Sequence record: PQ182779.1
DNA length: 64,000 nt
Strand: one strand, 5' to 3'
How positions within the stretch are numbered: the first letter of the stretch is position 1; each line of letters begins with the position of its first letter. The notes beneath the pieces were generated by a model. That model was given only the letters and a program-made list of their open reading frames with translations. It made no database searches and was not told the origin of the DNA. Positions 56,018 through 64,000 of the stretch are shown here, in pieces. Both the position numbers and the translations under genes were made by a program.

Positions 56018-56935
56018 ATGGAAAGTATTGAAATTAAATATGGTAATATCCGTGGCAAAAATCCAATTATTCCATTGCTGGAAACGCCAACTTTCGAACT
56101 AAAAGAGGATTGGGGAGATAATTCCCCCATTATTCTTAACGGAGCGGAAACAGTTTTAGACGATGCTAAGCAGTACTTCCTTTACGACGTTCTCGGCTTT
56201 TGCGGCTGCGGTATGCCTTTCGAGGCACAGGTATTTTGGTTAGCTCAGATTAATGCTGTTGTGTCAGGGACAAAAATGGATTACATGGGGTACCCTGGTG
56301 GCGTGGAGTTTTTCACGGAAACAGCGATTCGTCAGGGTATTATTACCCCCGAAGGGAGCTTAACAAAATTGGGTAAACTCACGATACTTTTTGTCGAAAA
56401 ACATATTGAGATCTGTCCGGACGGCGACGACGAAGTCCCCGGGGATTTCACCCCGACTCTCAGTATCCCAGACGCCGCTAAACGTAATAGTAAGTGGTTC
56501 TTATTCAAATTCATGACCCATCTCGCTTTGCGTAAACGTGTTGTCCCCCCTACTAAAACGGATACAATAGACTTTTATGAAAAACAAGGGGAGATCTGGG
56601 CGAGATTACCCCAGCCGGTGTATTTTTGGGTGGCTTATCAGCTCGGTGATTTAGATTGGGAGGAACATGGCGGGTCAGCGGGCGGATGGTTATCTGTAAA
56701 AGGCTATGAGGTATTCTGGGCTTTGGTCGATGAATTCGGCGTAGGTGAAATAGAAGTCTTTGATCTCTTAGAGAAGGGATACCTTTTTAAAGATGACGAT
56801 CTTTTAAAAGTAGAGCTACAGAAACGCCGTAGTGCGTTCATTGCCGTACGACCCGATTTAAATTGGGATGTAATCATTCCTCTCCCAACTATTGATGTTC
56901 GTACTGCCATACAACAATCTTTTGGGGGAGAATAA
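56018..56935 (+). CDS. Hypothetical protein (305 aa) with FCGCG and EHGGS motifs
   Basis: RBS GAGG; motifs LGFCGCGMP and EEHGGSAGGWLSVKG. Confidence 0.75.
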   Translation: MESIEIKYGNIRGKNPIIPLLETPTFELKEDWGDNSPIILNGAETVLDDAKQYFLYDVLGFCGCGMPFEAQVFWLAQINAVVSGTKMDYMGYPGGVEFFTETAIRQGIITPEGSLTKLGKLTILFVEKHIEICPDGDDEVPGDFTPTLSIPDAAKRNSKWFLFKFMTHLALRKRVVPPTKTDTIDFYEKQGEIWARLPQPVYFWVAYQLGDLDWEEHGGSAGGWLSVKGYEVFWALVDEFGVGEIEVFDLLEKGYLFKDDDLLKVELQKRRSAFIAVRPDLNWDVIIPLPTIDVRTAIQQSFGGE

Positions 56936-56936
56936 A

Positions 56937-57341
56937 ATGGAACTGAACCCTAACGAAGTCCCCCTCAATGACAAAGGCGAGCAGGCCAATCTTGTCTTGA
57001 AATTTGGTAATGTACTCATCCCCTTCTGGATTGCCAGCGATCGTTTCACTCACTTAGTTCCAGGTGAACGTTACTTGGCTGTTTTCACGGACACAAAGGA
57101 CAACGTAGGCGATAACGTTTGGTTTATGTCGTCTAACCGTGAGTTGGATATCGTTGAATGGGAAAGTATTGATTTAACGATCAAAAGTCAGAACGAGAAA
57201 AGTGGTGTGGTAGATATCACCCAAAATGACGCAACAACGACAATCCTGAACTACGCCTTCCGTGAAGAGCTGGGAAACATTTCTTTGGCGCACGACACAG
57301 ACCCCGAGAAAGCCTCGGTGGTAGTGAACAATAAACACTAA
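56937..57341 (+). CDS. Hypothetical protein
   Basis: The likely start is ATG 56937 after GGGGGAG. Confidence 0.7.
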   Translation: MELNPNEVPLNDKGEQANLVLKFGNVLIPFWIASDRFTHLVPGERYLAVFTDTKDNVGDNVWFMSSNRELDIVEWESIDLTIKSQNEKSGVVDITQNDATTTILNYAFREELGNISLAHDTDPEKASVVVNNKH

Positions 57342-57361
57342 CAATACTGGAGAAGTTTAAC

Positions 57362-57553
57362 ATGTCTAAAGTCTATCTGCCCGATAACGATCCTGCTGAT
57401 GTTTTTCATCAGCGTCAGTTATTAGCCGAGGCATTATACGATGTCCTCGTCGCAGCCGGTATGTTAAATACCGATACTCAACCGAACGGTGCTGAGCTGA
57501 TTCAGTTCGCGGGTGAATTCGTTGAATTCTCAAAAGGTAAAGTAAATGACTGA
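57362..57553 (+). CDS. Small hypothetical protein (63 aa)
   Basis: RBS GGAG; overlaps the next start. Confidence 0.68.
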   Translation: MSKVYLPDNDPADVFHQRQLLAEALYDVLVAAGMLNTDTQPNGAELIQFAGEFVEFSKGKVND

Positions 57554-58751
57554 TATTCTTTTTGCGTTAGGGGTCTTGGCATTAATTGGCGCCGGCGTGA
57601 CTTCGATCTATTTTGTTTTAGTAAAAAATAAAGGGAAATCTTCTCTTTCTTACTCGGTGATCGATGACAATTTGGTCAAGGAGAAAGTAAACGAAATTCA
57701 AGAAGAAATGGCTAAGCAACTTTATCCCGGTGAAGAGTCTTTAACTTTGTTGCGTGAGCTATTATCGGGTAGTCAAAATATGCTTGTTCAAACGACGAAG
57801 GAGGGAATCTTACTGAGAAATAAAGCGGACTCAATATTCCCAGAAAACAGTGTAAAGTTTTCATTGACGCGGGATTTCATGGGTCTGTGGCGTATTACGG
57901 TAGAAATCCCTATGTTTGGATGGGAATGGGAAGATGCGATTAGGTTTCAGGTTACTCAGTCTTTCCCGGGTCTGAATGGTTCGGATATCCGAACCATTAT
58001 TCGATCGTCTATTAACGATCAGAATAGCTCCGCCATTGAATGGCATTGGAAAAAGTGGATAACAGATACGCTTTCCAACGATCTTGGGTATGTTACCCTT
58101 AATTCCCCTTGGGACATTTTTTCCAGTAGAGATGAAAAGTCCGAGGAAATCATCTTTTGTTTACCTGATGCTGACGTAAATAAATTCTCGGCAAAAGGAA
58201 AACCGGTAGAGGTTTATCATCAACTTTTGTCATTCACCAACGAAATGAAGAGGAAGTTGGAAAAAGAGTACGTCGATAGCATCGGCTTTTTCTCGCGGAA
58301 AATCTCGGACTACCTTTCTGAGACAACGTTACAGAACATTTCCGTTATGGAGTTAAAAGGTCAATCGATTATCGATTTAACAATGGATCAATCTTTTGTA
58401 CTCGATGCTTCTTTAACCTTGGACAAGAATGACTTTGTTCTTAACCTTAGATTAACGATACCCGAAGTTGAACTAGACATATCTCGTTTGATCGAGCGTC
58501 TCGAAGTCAATCTCCGTGGTTTCTTTTCTGATTACGGTAAAGACGTAGAAATTTTTGACGAAAGTTTCTTGTCCACGGGTTTGATTCCTAACGTGACTGA
58601 CTCTTTAGACCGTGATCATCTCCGGAGATTTGGCAGAAAGATCAGTTATTGCTACTCGTTTATCATGAGGATAAAGGAAAAAGATGGGAACGTTCATTTT
58701 GGGGATTCCGGAGAGACTCTCGATGGGTCTGCGGAAGATCAAGGATCCTGA
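57546..58751 (+). CDS. N-terminally membrane-anchored hypothetical protein (401 aa)
   Basis: Hydrophobic residues 4-26 followed by a basic stretch. Confidence 0.75.
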   Translation: MTDILFALGVLALIGAGVTSIYFVLVKNKGKSSLSYSVIDDNLVKEKVNEIQEEMAKQLYPGEESLTLLRELLSGSQNMLVQTTKEGILLRNKADSIFPENSVKFSLTRDFMGLWRITVEIPMFGWEWEDAIRFQVTQSFPGLNGSDIRTIIRSSINDQNSSAIEWHWKKWITDTLSNDLGYVTLNSPWDIFSSRDEKSEEIIFCLPDADVNKFSAKGKPVEVYHQLLSFTNEMKRKLEKEYVDSIGFFSRKISDYLSETTLQNISVMELKGQSIIDLTMDQSFVLDASLTLDKNDFVLNLRLTIPEVELDISRLIERLEVNLRGFFSDYGKDVEIFDESFLSTGLIPNVTDSLDRDHLRRFGRKISYCYSFIMRIKEKDGNVHFGDSGETLDGSAEDQGS

Positions 58752-59112
58752 TGACCGCATTTACGTCATGACAGCCCTTTTCTGGGCTGTCATTCTTACC
58801 GCTGAAAACGCAGATTCAAAGTATGCGGGGAAAATTTTACATCAGGCGTTTTCAGAGCAAGCCTACCACCAATTTATCGAGCCCTGTTACCCAGACAGCG
58901 CTGAGGATCCCCCGCCCACTGACAATCCAGATAGGTTATACGAGGTCTTTGAGAAGTTCTCTCAGCATATCGATGTTTATTGCGGGTGGCCAACGATCTA
59001 TCGATTTTTCTTTGAGAAAATTGATCTTGGAAGTTACATCTCAGATGACGATGTTCAGTTTGAACTAGAAGTCAATCCCCATCAAAACTTTTTGCAAATA
59101 GAGGTATTTTAA
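58684..59112 (+). CDS. Hypothetical protein (142 aa; start uncertain)
   Basis: Overlaps the previous gene's 3' end, so the true start may be downstream. Confidence 0.62.
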   Translation: MGTFILGIPERLSMGLRKIKDPDDRIYVMTALFWAVILTAENADSKYAGKILHQAFSEQAYHQFIEPCYPDSAEDPPPTDNPDRLYEVFEKFSQHIDVYCGWPTIYRFFFEKIDLGSYISDDDVQFELEVNPHQNFLQIEVF

Positions 59113-59128
59113 CTGGAAGAAAATTAAG

Positions 59129-59139
59129 ATCTATATCTC
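59129..59139 (+). promoter_or_regulatory. Putative early promoter ATCTATATCTC
   Basis: One-mismatch copy in an intergenic AT-rich gap. Confidence 0.55.
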
Positions 59140-59210
59140 TTTAATGAATGAATGACAGAAAAGTCCTGATCACATTGCTGTTATGATCTTTTAATCAAGG
59201 GGAACGTAAA

Positions 59211-59849
59211 ATGACGTTAGTGGAAGAATTTGATATGGCGCTGACATTGTGCGATAAGTCTATATTGACGCCGCGTGTCAATGATGAAAATAACGAATTG
59301 TGTTTTAAAGTGGTGGGAAACGACATTTGGCCAGCGACGTCGTTAGTGGAGGATTTGGTGGATTTCTCGATCCCTGACTTTTTCCACTTTTACCAACGTT
59401 TTGGTTGGGACGGTTTACAAGCCTTCTTCTCTCGGTTGTATGGACAAAAGCCATACTTTATTGAGGACGGTAATAACTTTAATGAAGCGATGAATTTTTT
59501 GAATACGCGCACCCCTTCTGGCTCTATTGAATACTCGCCTACATCCAATGCAGACGCAATAAAAGAAAAGGAATTGCGTTGTTTCTTTTGGTTAAAAGCA
59601 AAAGGGGTCATTGATTTTTGTTTCATCGATGAAGACGAAGAACAAACCGAAACCGACTACAGCGTTTATCAGAATCTATCAGGAAAACCCGCCTATATTC
59701 TTTTCGTGAAAGAAATGTTGGCACAAACATCGTCCCGTAAACGGCATCAATTCCGCAACCTAAAAGAGATTTATTTAGCGGGTGGGTACTCTGCATTGGT
59801 CAAAGACGAATGCGCAGTTAAAACATATCCTTTCCCGAACTTCGTTTGA
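59211..59849 (+). CDS. Hypothetical early protein (212 aa)
   Basis: RBS AAGGGGA; early promoter motif at 59129. Confidence 0.72.
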   Translation: MTLVEEFDMALTLCDKSILTPRVNDENNELCFKVVGNDIWPATSLVEDLVDFSIPDFFHFYQRFGWDGLQAFFSRLYGQKPYFIEDGNNFNEAMNFLNTRTPSGSIEYSPTSNADAIKEKELRCFFWLKAKGVIDFCFIDEDEEQTETDYSVYQNLSGKPAYILFVKEMLAQTSSRKRHQFRNLKEIYLAGGYSALVKDECAVKTYPFPNFV

Positions 59850-59861
59850 AAATAATTTAAC

Positions 59862-59872
59862 ATCTATATCAC
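59862..59872 (+). promoter_or_regulatory. Putative early promoter ATCTATATCAC
   Basis: 59853-59873 (TAATTTAACATCTATATCACT) is identical to 11022-11042. Confidence 0.72.
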
Positions 59873-59943
59873 TTGATTGCATATACGACAGATAAGTCTT
59901 GTAAAATCATTTAACAACAACCTTTAACTAAGCGAGTAATAAA

Positions 59944-60348
59944 ATGTCCCAGAACACTATTGAAACAGAAATCCAATACCAAAACGCGAACGGTTACACT
60001 TTCTTCAAGAAAGGCACTAAGCCTCAGCTGATGACGCCGTTCTTCATGCTTTTCATCATTTTCTCACAGCCGATCTTCACTGCGATTCAGGTCGCCTTAC
60101 CAACCATTGGCTGGCTGATCTCACTGATGCTGTTTACGGGTTGGTTCATCACCGACCGTGAAATGCTGAAGAAAGAAGGGGCCTTTGTCCCATCGGGTTG
60201 GTGGTGGCTGCTCTCTCCGGTTTATGTCTATAAACGCCAAAACCGCAACGGTAACTCCCGCCTGTGGTTTGTCTGGTATATTCTTTCCGGTGTTGTTTCG
60301 ATCTTCGTTGCAGTGATTGTAGCGGCGGCCATGGGTCAGCAACTATAG
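59944..60348 (+). CDS. Early membrane protein (134 aa)
   Basis: Hydrophobic segments; early promoter at 59862; followed by a UUCG hairpin. Confidence 0.75.
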   Translation: MSQNTIETEIQYQNANGYTFFKKGTKPQLMTPFFMLFIIFSQPIFTAIQVALPTIGWLISLMLFTGWFITDREMLKKEGAFVPSGWWWLLSPVYVYKRQNRNGNSRLWFVWYILSGVVSIFVAVIVAAAMGQQL

Positions 60349-60355
60349 TTTGACG

Positions 60356-60383
60356 CTTCCTCTCTCCTTCGGGAGAGAGGAAG
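60356..60383 (+). terminator. UUCG hairpin / terminator
   Basis: CTTCCTCTCTCC-TTCG-GGAGAGAGGAAG. Confidence 0.68.
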
Positions 60384-60422
60384 GTTCTATGTTCTCTTTT
60401 TTTCTTTTGGATTTGTTTTCAA

Positions 60423-60433
60423 GTCTATATCAC
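60423..60433 (+). promoter_or_regulatory. Putative early promoter GTCTATATCAC
   Basis: Motif after a terminator, 35 nt before the GTG of 60468. Confidence 0.62.
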
Positions 60434-60467
60434 CAGTATGTAACAATTATTACTAAAGGAGACTAAC

Positions 60468-60974
60468 GTGTTAATTGACGATATCAAACGCGTATTAGGG
60501 AGTATGGCTTCCGACACTGTTAAAGTCAAAGAGATTCAGCGACTGGTCGAAAAACAAACTGAAACAGCCGATTACCCGTTCTTCGATCTGATTATTACTG
60601 ACGATCGAATTAAGAAGTTCAAACACCTTATCCCCGAAAATAAAGTGTTGACCAAAGTCGATCTGCTCTCAGTTAAACGCCTTGTGGATTCATCCGATCA
60701 AAAAGAACCTGTCGAAAGAGAATTTGAGATATTGGTCAATGATACGATTTACCCGGACAATTCTAATACCGTATTAAAGACCGATTTTACGGCCACCTTT
60801 ATTAATGCCTTAGTGGACTTTAAAGTGTTAATCGGGTTTAATCTGAAAGCAGTAAGGATCGAAATCATTGATTCGTTACCGCTCATTCACTCAGATGAAC
60901 CTGCACCGTTCCCTACCTTTAAACTGCGTTTTCATCTCGAGGACAAACCATGCAACTCATCGAACGTTTCCTGA
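60468..60974 (+). CDS. Hypothetical early protein (168 aa)
   Basis: GTG start with AAGGAG RBS; early promoter at 60423. Confidence 0.72.
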   Translation: MLIDDIKRVLGSMASDTVKVKEIQRLVEKQTETADYPFFDLIITDDRIKKFKHLIPENKVLTKVDLLSVKRLVDSSDQKEPVEREFEILVNDTIYPDNSNTVLKTDFTATFINALVDFKVLIGFNLKAVRIEIIDSLPLIHSDEPAPFPTFKLRFHLEDKPCNSSNVS

Positions 60975-61666
60975 ACCAGAAACCGGAGTTCACTTTCTTT
61001 ATTCAACGTTTAAAAAGGGATGAGGTTCATCTCCGTGACTTTTGGTCTGATGAAGAATGGGCTCCTCCGGGTACCTTTAAGCCCTACGGCTGGGTAGCGG
61101 GGATCGCTACCACTGAATTCGTTTCTTACCTCGTTAATCACGGCGTAGACCCCCGTTTCTTCTGTCTGCTGAATAAATGGTTTCCGATGTCCATGGTCCG
61201 GTCAGATGAAGCCGATACCGCGGTACTGATTGATAAACTCACCGAGAAACTCTCGGCAGTACCTGAAGCGTTGATTGCGACGTATTGCGATCGGGTAGAA
61301 GAGTATTGTCAGGATGCCGTTAAACTGTATCGCGGACCGACGGATTCCTCTAACGGCGAAATGAATATTCTCCCGTTTAAAGGGACAGTTGAGTCCTTCT
61401 TAAACAACCCATTAATCAACCCAGACAAACTAAAATCAATTGGGGAGAAAGCAGGGTGTCGGGTTCATTACAATATCGCCATTAATCGGCTTTCTGCGGA
61501 AGTGAACGTTGATCATAAATTCTTTATTGACTTCGCTCCTGGCGAGAACGAATATTACATCAACATGCATCCTAGCTGGCCGCTTACCCTCCGAGACAAT
61601 GAAGCGGTAAGCAAAACGTTGGTGGCGGTAAACAACGCGTATAACGAGGTTAAAAATGCACACTGA
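60950..61666 (+). CDS. Hypothetical protein (238 aa)
   Basis: RBS GAGG; in-operon. Confidence 0.72.
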   Translation: MQLIERFLNQKPEFTFFIQRLKRDEVHLRDFWSDEEWAPPGTFKPYGWVAGIATTEFVSYLVNHGVDPRFFCLLNKWFPMSMVRSDEADTAVLIDKLTEKLSAVPEALIATYCDRVEEYCQDAVKLYRGPTDSSNGEMNILPFKGTVESFLNNPLINPDKLKSIGEKAGCRVHYNIAINRLSAEVNVDHKFFIDFAPGENEYYINMHPSWPLTLRDNEAVSKTLVAVNNAYNEVKNAH

Positions 61667-62384
61667 CTTTTCAAGCTTCTGGGCCACGTATGCGTTAGAG
61701 GATTTCAGCCCGATCTGGGGACGTCAATTCTTTAACCAGTACGGTAAAATCATGCAATGGGTAGAGGAGCAGAATATTAGCCGTCCGTACCACTCTACAC
61801 GCCATTTAATTGGCGTAGGGGTACTGGTGAGTCACTTACTTTCAAATGTCAGCTTGACCTATTATAGGCTCACTGAGAAGGATCGTGAATCCGCTGTTAT
61901 TGCTGGACTTCTTCATGACTTCTGTCATCAAGGAGAAAAGAACGACTGGAAGAATATTGAACACGCGTTTCAACGCCTTGAGCAACTCGGGTTCTGGCGT
62001 CAATTTCCGACAGTAGACAAAACGTTAGTCACGCTTTTGATCGGGTTCACGCATTACGACTTCGATGACCCATTCCCACAGTACCCTGGCGGGTCCGTAT
62101 TGCGCTATTTGTTTGGCATCATTCGTGATGCTGACCAACTGTACGCAATGACCTATTTGGACGAAGAGATTTTCGATGGACTCTATCAGGAAATCGGGGT
62201 TCGTTTCGGACAGACCAGAGAAGAGTTTACAGAGCGAAACGTTCGATACATTAAAGGTCTTAACTTTTATACGGCAGTCGGCGCTGAGCACGTAGAAAAG
62301 TATAAAGAGACGGCTATCAATAAGTGTCAACAATTTCTTTTGAATAAACAGGGGGATGAACATGAAACTGTTTCTGGCCAGTGA
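61656..62384 (+). CDS. HD-domain metal-dependent phosphohydrolase
   Basis: Motifs PYHSTRH, AGLLHDFCH and IIRDAD. Confidence 0.85.
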   Translation: MHTDFSSFWATYALEDFSPIWGRQFFNQYGKIMQWVEEQNISRPYHSTRHLIGVGVLVSHLLSNVSLTYYRLTEKDRESAVIAGLLHDFCHQGEKNDWKNIEHAFQRLEQLGFWRQFPTVDKTLVTLLIGFTHYDFDDPFPQYPGGSVLRYLFGIIRDADQLYAMTYLDEEIFDGLYQEIGVRFGQTREEFTERNVRYIKGLNFYTAVGAEHVEKYKETAINKCQQFLLNKQGDEHETVSGQ

Positions 62385-62880
62385 GAAGTTTTACGATGTT
62401 CCCGATTCTCAGGAAGCAACTGTTCTTTTAATCATGGCACCGGACAAAGACGCTGCAATGAGAAACGCGACTTACAGTTGCTGCCCGGATGAACCGCGCT
62501 CTGTCTTGACGCCGATGTTTGACATCTGGGAATTGGGGGACTTCGTTCCTCTTCCTGCCGTATGGGAAGGGCTGAAATATTATCCCGAAAATGAAACAGG
62601 CGGGGTGACAATTCTTACCGGTTATGAGCCGGTTGAGTACAACGAGCTCGAGTCCGATTATCGTAGTATGCTTTATGCGAAATACAAAGCTGAAGCGACT
62701 GACCATAAAATGTTTGGGTACTACGACGACCTAAAAAAGAGCAGGGATCGTTTCTTTTCATTTACCGAGAAAGAGGACTGGGGTTATCGAGAAGAAGAAC
62801 ATCTCGGTTTTAAAGTACCGGTTTGGGTGAGCCCTGCATGGAATATTTACATCAACAAGAGTGTTCATGTCAGTGAATAA
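62356..62880 (+). CDS. Hypothetical protein (174 aa)
   Basis: In-operon ORF overlapping both neighbours. Confidence 0.7.
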   Translation: MNMKLFLASEKFYDVPDSQEATVLLIMAPDKDAAMRNATYSCCPDEPRSVLTPMFDIWELGDFVPLPAVWEGLKYYPENETGGVTILTGYEPVEYNELESDYRSMLYAKYKAEATDHKMFGYYDDLKKSRDRFFSFTEKEDWGYREEEHLGFKVPVWVSPAWNIYINKSVHVSE

Positions 62881-63436
62881 TCCGATTAAACTTTCTAAAA
62901 CGTTGTGTTTCATTCTACGTCATCGTCCTCAGGCTTTGAAATTAACGCCTGATGAACTTGGCTATGTCAGACTCGACGACCTGATTGCAGCATTCTCTGA
63001 ACAGAATAAGTCAGTTACGTTACAGGAAATTATGCACGTTGTAGAGACGGACGATAAGAAACGATTTGGGTTATCCGATGATCTTTCTTCTATCCGTGCT
63101 GTACAGGGACATTCATTCCCAGTAAGTGAAATGGCCTTCAATGAAGAGGTACCGCCTGAGGTACTTTACCACGGCACTGCATCGGGGAATTTAGAGAGCA
63201 TTTTTCAGGAAGGGTTAACGCCGGGGTCGCGTCAGTTCGTTCATTTAACTGACCACATTGAGACCGCGCGTTTAGTGGGTATACGGTACGCTAAGAAAGG
63301 GTCGCTCGTAGTCTTGAGTATTGATACCCAGAAACTATTGGAACGCGGCTACGTGTTCTACAAAGCGTTGAACGGGGTTTGGCTGGTCGAACATGTTCCG
63401 GTAGGTTGTTTCAAAATAGAGGAGAAAAAAGAATGA
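62861..63436 (+). CDS. kptA: NAD-dependent RNA 2'-phosphotransferase, KptA/Tpt1 family
   Basis: Motifs LSKTLCFILRH, DKKRF, IRAVQGHS, LYHGT, RQFVHLT and NGVWLV. Confidence 0.93.
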   Translation: MFMSVNNPIKLSKTLCFILRHRPQALKLTPDELGYVRLDDLIAAFSEQNKSVTLQEIMHVVETDDKKRFGLSDDLSSIRAVQGHSFPVSEMAFNEEVPPEVLYHGTASGNLESIFQEGLTPGSRQFVHLTDHIETARLVGIRYAKKGSLVVLSIDTQKLLERGYVFYKALNGVWLVEHVPVGCFKIEEKKE

Positions 63437-63978
63437 AATTTAAGTTTGAACGTGGCGCTTATGCGGCTGACGTCTACGGTTTAGTGGAAGGAGAGAAGGT
63501 CGCTCTTGGTAAAAATGCCGCAGGGGAAACTGTTCTCATACCGGCCCTTGCAGAAATGATTCATGAAGCCATAGCAGGGAAAGAATTGGAGATCCTTGAT
63601 CACGGCTCTATGTACCAACCGGGGTATCTCAAATGGGAGCAATATCAAATTCCTTATCGTTTTCGAGGGGAGGCGATAGTAGCCGCAGACGGAATTATCT
63701 GGCAGTGGCCGCTGCGTGGTCACGACGGGGAAACGTATAAAGATTATCTCGAACGGTTAGCGGATAAACCGCGCAAACTGGTCAGCCATTTCAGATGTCA
63801 AAAGGCGATTACCTTCGAAATTCCGCTTGGTGCGGTGGCGTATAACCTCAAGCGATTATTATCCACCGGGTTAGTTGTCAATTTACTCGATATGAAAGAT
63901 ATCGAAGAGATCGACAATCTCCCCTCGGGAATCCATGCTATTCCATTTTACGACGTTTATTGGGTTTTTACAAAATGA
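63433..63978 (+). CDS. Hypothetical protein
   Basis: The likely start is ATG 63433 (ATGA overlap with the kptA stop) after GAGGAG. Confidence 0.7.
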   Translation: MKFKFERGAYAADVYGLVEGEKVALGKNAAGETVLIPALAEMIHEAIAGKELEILDHGSMYQPGYLKWEQYQIPYRFRGEAIVAADGIIWQWPLRGHDGETYKDYLERLADKPRKLVSHFRCQKAITFEIPLGAVAYNLKRLLSTGLVVNLLDMKDIEEIDNLPSGIHAIPFYDVYWVFTK

Positions 63979-64000
63979 AACGAATCCAGTCTATTAAAGT

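Noticed and set aside
1255-63723. The many short antisense or out-of-frame ORFs in the track (e.g. 1697-2020, 11948-12391, 29418-29834, 31759-32199)
   Set aside because: They lie inside longer, well-supported genes, lack an RBS and are shadows of codon bias.
1-64000. tRNA genes, CRISPR arrays, transposases/integrases, or a recoded genetic code
   Set aside because: I found no cloverleaf, regularly spaced repeat-spacer array or recombinase motif by eye. Genes are tightly packed and end at TAA, TAG and TGA under the standard code.

Overview
This window is a 64 kb segment of a phiKZ/SPN3US-like jumbo myophage genome, very probably a Klebsiella phage. It has four parts. (1) 1-9.2 kb is a core virion block: three split subunits of the virion RNA polymerase (beta' middle with DFDGD, beta N, beta' C), a probable head protein, an ADP-ribosyltransferase-like ORF and the T4 gp21/phiKZ gp175-type prohead protease. 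(2) 9.3-13.8 kb holds small, mostly unknown genes. (3) 13.8-45.8 kb is a large receptor-binding cluster: a short baseplate-anchor protein, ten beta-helix tailspikes/capsule depolymerases (three on the minus strand) and two paralogous baseplate-anchored fibres. Six spikes have a KIS/TEL-FENAY N-terminal anchor and four have a short QPxG peptide. Three T4 gp10-like branch modules are present, which points to a hyperbranched spike network. From remembered sequences, the cluster includes a K2-type enzyme, a K63-like enzyme, and one 1267-aa protein that appears to fuse a complete colanidase (WcaM-like) to a complete K1 lyase. (4) 45.9-64 kb is an accessory/early region with dut, a NADAR-like gene, an SspB-like ClpXP adaptor, nadR plus pnuC, an SPFH-like membrane protein, an HD hydrolase and kptA/tpt1. 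Two phage promoter classes are readable: an early ATCTATATYAC motif (6 copies) and a late T-rich-TATGA motif (11 copies). The gene order of the spike cluster matches my recollection of the published phiKp24 hyperbranched tail-fibre locus, so the cluster as a whole is probably not new. All family assignments come from motif recognition and memory; no database search was run. No tRNA, CRISPR array, integrase or transposase was seen.
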